Source: the human T2T-CHM13v2.0 reference genome, Homo sapiens | Length of the DNA stretch: 64,000 bases | Strand: one strand, 5' to 3' | Assembly (NCBI RefSeq): GCF_009914755.1 | Contig: NC_060937.1 | Part shown: positions 1-13,541 of the stretch, one piece after another | Numbering within the stretch: the stretch's first letter is position 1 | How the letters are laid out: each line of letters opens with the position of its first letter | Notes under the pieces: generated by a model | Databases searched by the model: none | What the model was told of the DNA's origin: nothing | What the model saw: only the letters and a program-made list of their open reading frames with translations | Translations under genes and position numbers: made by a program

Positions 1-643
1 AGTGAGAGGGGATGGCGGCTCAGACTACACCTTTAGCCATGGAGGAGGCGTCAAGTCACATTGGAGGGATGTGTTGCAGGAGACCTCACAATACATTGGT
101 GCTATAGGAATTTAAAGTCAGGAGTTGCTAGAGCAGCGGTAGCCAGGGCTGTGACTTGGACGTGACATTGAAGAAAAGGGTCACTAGAGCAGCCTCTACG
201 GCGAAGAAAGGGGCATCGAGGTGTTATTCTCTGGTGCCCAATTAAAAGGTTGCTAGACGATTATAAGTCTGACTTCTATCTGGATTGATTGATTAATTTC
301 CCATTAGACATTGTCAAAGAGTAATCTCCTTTAAGAAAAAAAAAAAAAAAAAAGCTTCTCTCTCTCCAAGCAAGCCTAGAAGAAGTGTCGGAAGCTGGAA
401 GGAATTTGGCAATTTTGTCTGTTATCCTTTTTCCAAGCACGAAACCTTGCACTTAACAACCACATTAATGGAACAATAATTTTAGTCCCTGACTGTTTTT
501 TCTTTTCAATCCTTAAAAATGACAAACCGTGGGCAATTTCTTCTCTACCACTTGAAGAACTCCTTGTGTAATAAGAAGCCGTTGTCACATGTGTACTGAG
601 TGTTTTTTCACAGGTGACCGGGGTTTGGTTTTCTTTCTCACAG

Positions 644-855
644 GATACCCAAAGCAGAGGACTGCGGCAGCTCGAAATGGGTTTCCGCCCAAGCCGGACC
701 CGCAGGCCCGTGAGGCTGAGCGGCAGCTGGTGCTGCGGCTGAAGGAGCGGTGTGAGCAGCAGACCAGACAGCTGGGCGTTGCGCAAGGGGAGCTGAAGAG
801 GGCCATCTGCGGCTTTGATGCCCTCGCCGTGGCCACGCAGCATTTCTTTAGAAAG
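644..855 (+). CDS. MTUS2: Internal coding exon of microtubule-associated scaffold protein 2 (MTUS2/CAZIP/TIP150), coiled-coil region
   Basis: Acceptor ttctttctcacag|G (AG 642-643) and donor AAG|gtgagg (GT 856-857). The 212 nt are open, phase 1 in and phase 0 out, and GC/CpG-rich relative to the flanks. Peptide [20 protein letters not shown]...[12 protein letters not shown] recalled as MTUS2; not database-checked. Confidence 0.88.
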
Positions 856-3304
856 GTGAGGCCCCATTTCGTGAAGGTCCAAGGGCATTTTGGTTGGAGG
901 AGAGTGTGGTGATGGTGACGGTTGTTTGTGTATGTTGCTGTTTTGGGTTTGAGTTTCGATCAGAGTGGAGTTTGGATTTTCAGGAGTTCAGGCAGAATCT
1001 CCTGAGGCATCCCATCATCTTTGGGGAGCCACGTTTATCCTTAGGTGTGAAAGAAATACGTCTGGGAAGGATCATTAATAATCTTCATTCCAAAAGACGA
1101 AATTATGTAAAAAATGAAAGGAAAGGATATACAGGAACATTTTTGAAGGTGGGATCTTTGCAGGAAATGGAGCGTGTGGTAGTTTGCATTTTCGAGGGGA
1201 GATGGTCACTTTCCGACATTACTGCTCACATCACAACAAAGGGAGACAGGGCCCCAGTACCGTTCACGTCGGCTGTTGATGGGCAATGGAATGTGCTTGG
1301 CCTGGGACTCTTCTCAAGGCCATGCTCACAGTTCCCAGAGCAGCATGGGGTGAGGTTCGGATTCTCCTTGTGCCCTCAATTTTTCTGAAAATGCAGGGAG
1401 GTTGGTTTCTCCTCTGCAAATGTCTGGATCTGTGTGTGTATACTGAATCTGTTATTAACCATGGAGCAGATAAGCATCCCAGCCTTTCCCCAGGGAACAG
1501 AGGTGGGAGCCTAGTGTCCCACTGCATTTGTTCTCCACCTTGAAGTCACCAAGGTGTGCTTGGGGGAGAAAAAGCATAAACATAAGTGCACATTTTTGAG
1601 ATGCACATATGGACCTCCTGGTATCTATACATGGGAGGAAGTAAAAGTGCTGTATAAATGCTCTCCAAATAAGAAAGTGAATTAACGAAATATCTGGTCA
1701 ATTTGAAAAGAAAAGCAGAAGAATGTGAAGTGGCTCCATGTCCCCTGGCAGCTCCTTTTTGGCCTTTTATGACATCCTTCACCTTCCCCTCTACTCCAGT
1801 ATAGAAGCCTGAGCTGCTCTTTTTTGTTGTTATTATTTTTGTTTGTGTAAAGCTTTCAACAGAAAGAGCCATTTATCAATCTGTTGTGGTATTAAATGAC
1901 AAGTTGAGTAGACAGCCCTGAAATTTCCATTTTACCAATAGTTTCAGCCTCCTCCCCAACCAGAATTTTAACCCCAGCAGAAAATGGCCAATGTGAATTT
2001 CATACCTTCCTTTCTGGTCTAGTCACGATGCATGACGTGATCTGGTAAGCTTGCATAAAGTAGCCGAACACCCCCCCCCCCGTAAGAATTAAAGTTACAA
2101 ACACGTCTTCAAGGAGCCCAAGAGGCCTGACTGGCCATGGTCAAGATGAGCATTTTTGTAATTAGAGAAGGTGATTCGTCGTATTTCCCACTGACTGTCA
2201 AGTTGTACCTAAAGAGGAAAACAGGGCTGTTCCTTGAAGTTCAGTGACCCTGTTTTAGTCACACTGCCTGCTCTGGGACTCTGCCTTCCAGACATCATCC
2301 AAAGAGTCAGAACAAGCCCTTGATAAAGGTTTCATATGATGGACAAAGCAATAGATATTGATATAATATATTGATAATATGTTCCGTGTTTTAGAAGTTG
2401 GAGCTTTTAGGCCCCACTTTTGGGATCATGGCAGGGGAGAGAGTAACTGCCAAAATTAGGGGTCAGTTCCCTGTAGTTATGCACTTCCATGTTCCAGGAA
2501 AATTCCTTGTTGGCCTGCAGACCAGGAGTTTTACTTCTCTGTAGCATGCATGTGGCTCTCAAACCAGAGACCAACAGCAGCTGGCAGGTGATTTGCAGGC
2601 ATCTCCACTGGACCTCTCTGCTACTACAGCTACACTTGGCATGACATTTCAGCAAGATGGATGGTGGACATGAATTTCATTTTCTTTTCAGTAAATCACA
2701 ACCAGTAACTCCAAATGGGCTTCAAAAATGACCGTGGCATTTCACCTCCCACACAATGTATTTTTTTCTCTGTCTTTCTGATCTCTACGCTATCTTTCTC
2801 TCCAGATAAATGCCAGAAGAAAAAACAGAAGATAAAATGTTTTTTTTTTAAAAAGTTAAAGTCCTAATTGAACATAATCAGTGGCTTTTATGCAGGCCGT
2901 CATGCATGCCATGTAGTTTAAGGTGATGGATTTGAGAATTTGCTAGTAATACTGAATTAGACCAGGAGGTGTGACATGGGGTGGAGAACCTGGGAAAATA
3001 GAGGCAAAGCAGCCCTGAAACCTTCAACAATGGAGCCCTTTGAAGTTACCAGGTCAGGAGAACCCAAGGTACCCCATGTCACCCTTGTGAGAAACCCATG
3101 CATTATTATTGTGAATGAGATCTTGTCTGAGCCAAGCATGCCAGCTTTGAGGAAGCATGACCTGTATAGCCTGAAAATGCATGATCTCTTTGTTCTACCA
3201 GTTAGAAGGCCCTGCCAGAATTCCATCCTGTAAGGAATGCACGTGTATCTTTTGTACACTGTAGCATATTTATCTGCACAGCATGCTCTGGTGGAGAGAG
3301 GACG

Positions 3305-3545
3305 CAGTGCTAACCCAGAGTCAGTTCCATCTCTGCCCCTATCCAGTGGTGAGACCTTGAGCAAGTTCCTGCCTCTGTGCACTTCGTCATCATCACTGTA
3401 GGAATAACATCCCTGTCCTTGTTCTCTTTCCCCCTGGCTGAGTCATTAACTTTGAATCTCAGTTTTCTCCATTTAAAATAGAATTCATAATAACTCTTCA
3501 CAAAGTCATTGTGAGAATGTAGTGAATTAATGTGCAAAGATGCTT
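3305..3545 (+). mobile_element. MIR SINE remnant
   Basis: gaccttgagcaagttcct...ctctgtgc...catcactgtaggaataa...ttgtgagaatgtagtga resembles the MIR core. Confidence 0.6.
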
Positions 3546-3663
3546 TATAGAGATGGGTCTCACTATGTTTTCTAGGCTGGTCTCAAACTCCTGGCCTCAA
3601 GTGATCCTCCTGCCTCAGCCTCCTAAAGCACTGTGATTACAGGCATGAGCCACCATGCCCAGC
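3546..3663 (-). mobile_element. Alu left monomer (FLAM/AluJ-like)
   Basis: agagatgggtctcactatgtt...ctcaaactcctggcctcaagtgatcctcctgcctcagcctcc...gagccaccatgcccagc. Confidence 0.85.
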
Positions 3664-3783
3664 TGGCAAAGGCACTTTTTTAACAAATATTCAATCAAAC
3701 ATTCTTTTCTGAGTACAAAGAAATCTGTCAGGATCTACCTCAAGGATTTTACTCTCGAGTGGGAGAAGGTGAAAACACAGTCA

Positions 3784-4107
<324 letters not shown>

Positions 4108-5209
4108 TCAGTTGCTGCTATATATTTTTACCTGAATATGCTGATGCCATTAATTTAAATATGTGTTGGAAGTAAGCCTCACCACTAGAGAAAAAGAATT
4201 AGAAGCCCAGATAAGAATCTCCCTTTTCTGCCCCATGCTTTATAGCTCCTGGCAGAGTAGCTGTGAAAGTTGTCAGCTCTAACACAGCCTCAGCCCAGCG
4301 TCCAGGGATTCTAAGATGCCACACTTAGGTGCCAACAGCAGCCTCACACTTGTGCTGGTTGCAGGCAGCTCTGCCCCTGCAGCAAGGTATGTTCCTCACC
4401 ACGGGCCAAACAGATCTGCTGTATCCATGCTCCCAGACCCCCAAGTGGTGTAGTAATGAGTGTGACTCTCAGGGACGGACTCGCGCTCCTTAGGGTCAGG
4501 TTGAATGGTGTGATGGTGCTTTTGCTGTGTGGTTCCCCGTAATGCTACTCTTTAGCATCCCCTGGTGGCTCTCCCATGAAACAGTCCACAGGATGGTCCT
4601 CACCCTGCAGCATGGAGTTTTATACACATTACCTGAGGGTACATGGATTTTCATGTTACTTTTAATAAGATTTATTATACTTATTCAGTATTTTTCATGT
4701 CTATTCTTGTCTTCTTTGTTAACTTTATGAATGTGATTGTAGATGATGGTTTTGAATTTTTTTACATGTTATTAAATAGTTTAGGCATAAAAGACCTCAA
4801 AATGAATATGTCAAGCATTTTTGGACTTTCTAAACTTACTAAAAAATTAATAATTCACCAACCTCCTTCTTCTCAGAGTGTGTATATATTTTAAGGCTTT
4901 TATTATTTTACCTTTTATCACAAAAAAAATTTAATATAGAATAGTGGAAAGAATAAAACCCAGATACCCCATAATCCATATTTAACATTTATTAACATTC
5001 TGCCATATTTGCTTTATCTGTGTCTTGTTGTTGTTAGTTAGGGGTATGTATATTTTTTATATATTTTGTATATTTGAACTTCAACCTTTCACCTTCAGTT
5101 CACATATATTAGTAGACAATCTTTAGCAACTCTGTCTCTACCATATGGGGTGGGTAGGTAGGGAGGATTCAAAAAAGTAAGAGGCAGAACTTTAACAATA
5201 GAGCTCTTA

Positions 5210-5440
5210 TTTATTGACCATCTACTATGTCCTGGGCACTTAACAGGCATTATTTTAACCCTCACAACAACCATAGCTGTTGTAGATATCATCCTCATGT
5301 GATGCCTGGGGAAACTGAGGTTTGGGGAGATTGCATAGTCCTCTGAAGACAACATAATTAGAAAGTGATGGAGCCAAGATACAAATACAGGCCAGGCCAC
5401 ACCCAACACTCATGTTTTTCCACTATATTATGATGCTACT
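5210..5440 (-). mobile_element. MIR SINE remnant
   Basis: ttattgaccatctactatgtcctgggcac...ctcacaacaacc...gaaactgagg. Confidence 0.65.
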
Positions 5441-6879
5441 TCTCCCTCTCTTCACAATCATCAAGGTGCTTTTTATGTATTAAGGGGGGAAACGCACAAT
5501 TGCAAAACAGGTGAAACAATAATCTAAAAGTTAAACACACAGAAAATGACCTAATGGTTTAAGCTGTTGCCATAAAAAAAATACTATGTGCTCAAGTGGA
5601 AGCCTCATCCTTGATAATGGGAAGGAGTCTTGGAAGAGCAGGATGGAGAGAGGAGCAGAATGTGGGGTGAGCAAAGAGGAAGGAAGAGCGTATTGGGACG
5701 AGAACACCCGATGCCTGCTGTCTGCAGAGTGCCCCCGCTCCCTGCATATCTTTAAGCCCTTGGTAAATTAGTTAATGACTTCTGAATAGAGATTTAGGCC
5801 CTGGGGAACTGTTTTTAAAAGTGCAGTGATTGCTCTAGCATGGATTGCAAACTCCTCATAGTGAAGCTGGCCCCAGCTCACCTTGAGTGCTCCATAACAC
5901 CTGGTTGATTCATGGGTCAGGACAGGGTGTCTGTTAAAGGGCAGGAGAGAAGAGACAGCAGTAGAACCCCTTTGGAAAATAAAGGCTTGCTAGCTTTATC
6001 TGTTTAATGCATTCAGATTTTAAATTCAGGGATTCATCAGAATGAATGTTGCCCTTGAGCTAAAGCAGTAGAGAAGCTATTACGTCCACCAGCCAAAGGA
6101 CTTCACATTTCAGAGATTTTCCCACTGAGTGGAGCTCTCAGAGCAGTAATTATACCTGATCAGAATTGAAAACATCAAGCTCTTTGTTGCTTCCTAAATC
6201 CAAAACATGGTCATTTAAACATAGTGTTTTGTGCCTCTCCCACTTATAAACGATGCTCTGCGATTATCTTCTCTTCCCTTAATTTTATCTTGAATAACCA
6301 AAGGCTTAAAGAAAATGTGAGCACTTAAGGTGGCATTTCTGACAGCTATTCAGCACATAACACAGTAGAGAGTGCTAGTGAAGTGGTAAATTCAAGGTAA
6401 ATTAATGGTTCCTATGGTTGTTGTTCTGAAAGAATATTATGTGTCACAAAAATAAGTGCCCCCACAGTGCTTTGATAAAAGAACCATGAGCGTCTGTATG
6501 CTTTTACTCATAGGACTTCAGCTAAAGGAAGTTTTTAGCACAACCCCCAAACATCAAAATATTCCCAATATCAAGGGACAGAATCCTCCAGATATGCCAA
6601 GCAGCTCTTTGAAGTAATAAGAACCCTTGGCCTGTGGTGTCAGTCGTGCAAAACATCATGGTCAGTGGAAAATGAAACTCAGAATAGCGAAGTCTTCTCA
6701 ACATTCATGGAAGATCCTTGATACTGAAGCCTGATAAAACCCACCTCTATTGATGATAATATACATTTCACAATAAGGTGCAATAAGATGAGAACAGATA
6801 CCTGACCAAGGTGAAAACTAATTGCCCCATTCAGCTCATCTCACTTATGCTTTGTCATCAATGCGTTTTTTTTGTTTGG

Positions 6880-6882
<3 letters not shown>

Positions 6883-6920
<38 letters not shown>
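6883..6920. repeat. (TG)19 microsatellite
   Basis: Read directly from the sequence. Confidence 0.97.
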
Positions 6921-6924
<4 letters not shown>

Positions 6925-7507
6925 TAAATGTCACTTTTTTGAAGGCAGATAGGTGCCATGGGAGAAGAAAGGTGAATTTCAGCTGCTGCTTTGCAGAAGA
7001 GGCCTGAGGTTTTCCCCAGATCCTGGTGGGCAGTTGGTTAAACCTGGTCTGTAGTAAAAGTGCGTGCCTTTAAGATATTCTGGGATACAGAATTCAGCAT
7101 AGCCTTCCTGTAGCCAGAAAGGCCACAGAGCAGATGAGGTATGGAATGTCACCTGGCCATCCCACTCAACCTTTCTAGACCCATGGCCTCTGGCAGATAC
7201 CAATTCTTCACTTAAATGTCACTGGCGACTTATTTGAAAATAAATGCTGTAAACTCCCCTCCAACTAAACACAAGTCAAAGGAAAGACAATATTCAAAAA
7301 TCATGACTCTCTAACAAGAGGAGATATGGTTTTCTCAGCCCCAGAACCTCTTCCCTGTGAGAGATGAGTTTATTCACTTTCCTAGACCTCAGTTTTTCTA
7401 TAAAATGGAGTTACTAAGGGTCCAGTTTCAAGGACAAGACTATAATGAAGGGGCTGTCAGGCCCAGGCTCTGTGATTTAATTCAGTGCCTCTGACTCTGT
7501 GGGGTGT

Positions 7508-7862
7508 TCTATTAGTCCGTTTTCATACTGCTGACAAAGACATACTTGAGACTGGGCAATTTACAAAAGAAAGAGGTTTAATGAACTCACAGTTCCACGT
7601 GGCTGGGAAGGCCTCACAATCATGGCAGAAGGTGAAAGGCACATCTCACGTGGCGGCAGAGAAGAGAAGAGAACTTGTGCAGGGAAACTCCCCTTTATAA
7701 AACCATCAGATCTTGTGAGACTTACTATCACAAGAATGGCATGGGAAAGACCCACCCCCATGATTCAGTTACCTCCCACCAGGTCCCTCCCATAACACGT
7801 GGGAATTGTGGAAGCTACAATTCAAGATGAGATTTGGGTGGGGACACAGCCAAACCATATCA
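7508..7862 (-). mobile_element. THE1B-like MaLR solo LTR
   Basis: Reverse complement starts tgatatggtttggctgtgtccccacccaaatctcatcttgaattgtagc and ends ...aaaacggactaataga; about 355 bp. Confidence 0.9.
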
Positions 7863-7893
7863 AGCATTATCATTTAAATACCAGAAAATCATC

Positions 7894-7928
7894 GCCCGCT
7901 AGCTCAGTTGGTAGAGCATGACACTTAA
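7894..7928 (+). pseudogene. 5'-half tRNA-Lys(CTT)-derived fragment
   Basis: gcccgctagctcagttggtagagcatgacacttaa versus tRNA-Lys-CTT 5' end GCCCGGCTAGCTCAGTCGGTAGAGCATGAGACTCTTAA. No T-arm or 3' acceptor strand follows. Confidence 0.8.
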
Positions 7929-9302
7929 GCACCAGAAAGTGCTCTGCCCTTCCTCAGGGGGTAGAGTATGCCTATTGATCCCTGCGGCCCACTCTAAGCA
8001 TACCTGGTATGGGACCATCATGGTTTTGAAAATATAAGTTAGATTATTCTCTTTGGGAAAAATCATTTAAATAACAAACCTCTGTGGAGCATCTGAATCA
8101 TGAGTCTGTTTCTAGCATATTATTCCTTGGGGACACCACCAAGTGCAAAGAGAGACGGGGAGAGAGATAGCCCTCCAGTAGTTGCCTGTCAAGGCTGAGC
8201 CCTCTCCTTGGTACCTTTGGCAAATGGTTTCTAGCAGGAGTTAAGAGACCTGGTGGCTTTTGGAGTACCTTCTTATGTGGGCCTAAAACCAGCACCTCAT
8301 CGCCTGTAGCAGTTTGTGATGCGAGCCTCCCTCCCTGTGTCTGCATCCCTCTGCCTCCTCCTTAATACACACACACTCTGAATCATCTCCAATTCCAAAG
8401 ATAGGGAATGGTCCATCCTAATCATTCTGTCTATGGTCCATCCGCTTGGTAAATGGATGACTTGAAAACCACATCTCAGCCCCTGAGTTCCAGTTCTGGG
8501 AAGAGATGCTCACTGAAATCATGGACAACAGAGTGGACTGTGAAGCCTGTCAAGCAGGCAGGGTACCTGGGGTAGGGGCGCCTTGAGAGAGGAACGTGGC
8601 TTGTGAAATGGGCCAAGGATCACATAGGACCTCAGCAGGCAAAGGTGGAGGAATTGGGCCTTCCGGGACAGCAGGAAGAACTTGAGCAGAGAGCGGTGCA
8701 GTGTGGGGAGAGGGCAGGACCACTCTGTGGAAGGTGAAGAGTCTAATTTGCCTAAAGCTTTGGTGATGATGATGGTGGGGAATGAGGCTGAAGAGTTCAG
8801 GGCCTTGAATCTTAAATAAAAGAGAGGAGGCACTGGTGGAGGCAGGCAGGAGGCCCTGAGTTTTGGACAGCAGCTGCAGCGCTGTGTTTTAGGAAGATTA
8901 ACGCAGTTTGAGATGGATGGCAGCAAGAAAACCCCAGGTAGGGAAAGCACATCTCTGCCAGTGGAATAAAAATCCAGGCAAGAGGTGAGAAGGGTCAGGG
9001 GGACCTGGGGTCCCGATGGAAAGGAGAGGGCAGATACAGAGCCTGAGGCTGTGAACCTGACAACTAAGTGGATTCAAGATGCCCAGACGATAAAGGATGA
9101 ACCCACCCCACCCCAGCCCCAGCAACACCCACACAGAAATCACAAACTGCTGAGAACCTAGGAATTATGTGCATATACAGCTCAGAAATGTTTAAAGGGG
9201 TCATGGGTTCCTTTGAAGAAATCTGCTCCGGAACTGTACGTTGTATGCATCAATGAGCCCTCAAGTCCAGGGAAAAATAAAGCAATGCCAAGGGACCTGT
9301 AG

Positions 9303-9630
<328 letters not shown>

Positions 9631-9777
9631 CCAGAATCTGCTTCTAACCCATGTATCACCTGTCCCACCCCCTGGGACAGCAGGTGGGACACAGTACCCT
9701 GTGTCCCACCCATCCTCTCCAGGAAGTGCAAGGTGGCTCTGAATTGCTGCTTCTTTTACATTAATTTAGTTAATGCT

Positions 9778-10042
9778 TACAGTTAGATAGAAAGAATCAG
9801 TTCTAATGTTTGATAGCATAGTAGGGTGACTGTATTAACAACAATATATTGTTATATTTCAAAATAGCCAGAAGAGAAGATTTGAAACATTTCCACCACA
9901 AAGAAATGATAAATGTTTGAGGTGACGAATATCCTAAATTCCCTGATTGGATCATTAAACATTCAATGCATGTATCAAAATATCAGATACACCCCATACA
10001 TAGGTATAAATATGTATCCATAAAAAATAATTCAAAAAAATA
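9778..10042 (+). mobile_element. L1MA-type 3' end
   Basis: atttcaaaatagccagaagagaagatttgaa...aaagaaatgataaatgtttgaggtga...A-rich tail. Confidence 0.8.
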
Positions 10043-11460
10043 ATGTACTTTATGCTTCCTACCATCCTGCATCCCTCCAGAGCTGGTACAGCCCCCTGTG
10101 TTGATTTCTGGGACTCTTTCTCTTTGGTAATGCTGAGATCTCCATGAGGGAATTAAGCAGAGGTGTAGATGTCAGGAGAGAAAAGGGAGGCTCTAGAGAA
10201 GCAAGCTCGGGGTGGTTTACATACAGTGATGTGAAAGGGATGAGATTCACAGGAGGGTGTATGCAGAGGAGGGAAGCTGACCTGGGACAGCATCTTGGGA
10301 AATGCCTGTGCATCCTTCATGGGGCCAGGTAAGGAGCAGTAGGCCTAGCAAGGAGAGAGAGGAGCTGGTGAGAGGGGTTGCAGGAAAGGGGAGAATCCCA
10401 CCTCTCAGAAGCCAAACGGAGGGGGCATCTCTGACAGGTGAGAGTGATTTACAATACCAGGAACCAGGCAGCAGAAGAAAAGGTTACAGATATCAGGTAC
10501 CAGGCAGCGGGAAAAAAAAGGTTACAGAATGAGGAAGTACCCTAGACTTTGGCAGTTTGGCAAGAGTATCTGTAAAGAGGTAAGGACAACCAGCTTTTCC
10601 TGGTTCCTCTATTATCAAACGGTTTATTTAGCAAAGTTCTGCCTCGTTTCAGCCCGTAGAGAAGCCCATTCTTCTACCCTGTGAGGAGTGGCAATGGCAC
10701 CATCTACAGGACATTGTCTAGAAATGAAAATCTGTGCCCGGAGAAAAGAACTCATGTCAAGTATTACCTTAAATTCCAGAGAGTTTTACAGAAAGCAAAT
10801 GCCGCTCTCCTCCCTTTGGCTCCCTAAAGTGTCAACTACAGTCCTGCCTATTCCACAAACCCGATTGAAACGAGGTTTGAAATTAAGAAGACACAGCTCA
10901 GCTCCTTTCATTTTTCATTTTATTCCTGACCATCAAATCACTAAAACAGCAAGAATAAGATTTATGTGGTACACTGCAAGCAGTTTGCCTATGAGGTAAT
11001 TCATAAAAGCAATTATATATGGCACAAACCTAACAGTAAAAGTGTATACCTGTGATCCAGTCCCTGGAGAGAGTAAAAACACATCACTTCTGCCCTCCCA
11101 GGAGAAGAAAGAAAAACATTTAAAATCCAAAATAGTGAAACTCTATTACACGACAGTATTCTCTTGAGAACAAAGATTTATCATAAGTATTATGCTGACA
11201 AAATAGATAGGAGGTGATATTATTTCTCAAATTCTTCTTCAATAATATTTCCCCAATTTTTGTTTCAGGTTGAAACTCAGGGTCAGAATTCTGTATTTAT
11301 TTTAAAAGCATGAAGGAGGAAGAAAAAGAAAGGAAAAAAGAAACAAACAAGTGCAATAAATAGAAAATAATTACAAAGATGGTCAATAGTAATTCAAAGA
11401 TATCCATAATCACTTTTAATGTGAATGGTCTAAACAGCCCCAGTTAAAAGATAGAGATCT

Positions 11461-12152
<692 letters not shown>

Positions 12153-12610
12153 ACCCAATTATATATTGTCCACCAAAATAAAACCCAATTTGAATATATA
12201 GCTCAAATTAGAAGTAAAGGGATGGAGAAACATACACCATGCTAACACTAATCAAAGGAAAATTGGAATAGCTCCATTAATTTCAGACAAGGCAGACTGT
12301 AGAACAAGATTACCGCAGATAAAGAGGGACACATAATGATAAAGGAGTCTGTTCTTCAAGAAAACATAAGAAACATGAAGGTAACTATTGATATTTTAGG
12401 CTGATTCTATTGGGTTCCAGTGACTTGTGTGCTCAGGTGATGTTCAATTATTGCAGTTCTGAGAGTCCTGTTTCTTCAACCTCAAAAATCTGCTGAAAAG
12501 CTTCCAGGATTTAGAGGAAAAATAATTGTAAACACCTGATGTATTCTGAGCACTGATATGCTTTTTATTTTTTAATGCATATTATTTCGTTTAATATCTT
12601 CACATTAACC

Positions 12611-12941
<331 letters not shown>

Positions 12942-13264
12942 TGATACCCATGTTATAGATAACTCAGGTTGCCTTGATCAAATAATATTTTATTATTTTA
13001 TTCATAAAATGTTTCTGAAAAACCTGGTAGTTCTCCAAATAATAGAATGGATATGACATAGGACTTCCCTTTAAGAAAATTCCAATCAAATATCCCACCT
13101 AATTGTTTCAAAACACCTCCTTTGATCTTCTCAGCACTGCCAAAAGATAGGCAGGAGAACTCTTAGTATTCCTGTTTTCCAGGTAAAGAAACAGAGGAAG
13201 AGAAGTTGTTCCTTGCCATAGGTCTCATGATCAATAAGCTGTAGAATCAAGACTTTGTGCAGAT

Positions 13265-13541
13265 AATTTCTGGAGGCCTAATGTTCAGCATGGTGATTAC
13301 AGTTAATAATTCTGTACTGTATACATGAAATTTGCTAAGAGAGTAGATCTTAAGTGTCCTCAACCCCCGCCCCCCCCCCCCCCCACACACACACAAGCAC
13401 AAAAGGTAACTGTGAGGTGATGGATGTGTTAATTAGCTTGATTGTGGTAATCATTTCACAGTGTAGATGTGTATCAAAATAGCACTTTGTACACCTTAAA
13501 TTTATAGAAATTTTATTCATCAATTGTACCTCAATAAAGCT
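13265..13541 (+). mobile_element. L1M 3' end
   Basis: aaatttgctaagagagtagatcttaagtgt...gtgaggtgatggatgtgttaattagcttgattgtggtaatcatttcaca...cctcaataaagc. Confidence 0.8.

Noticed and set aside
376-1388. ORFs 376-888 (-), 585-836 (-) and 894-1388 (+)
   Set aside because: Antisense shadows of the GC-rich exon or intronic open frames with no recognisable protein features.
7894-7965. Functional tRNA gene
   Set aside because: A-box only; no B-box/T-arm or 3' acceptor stem.
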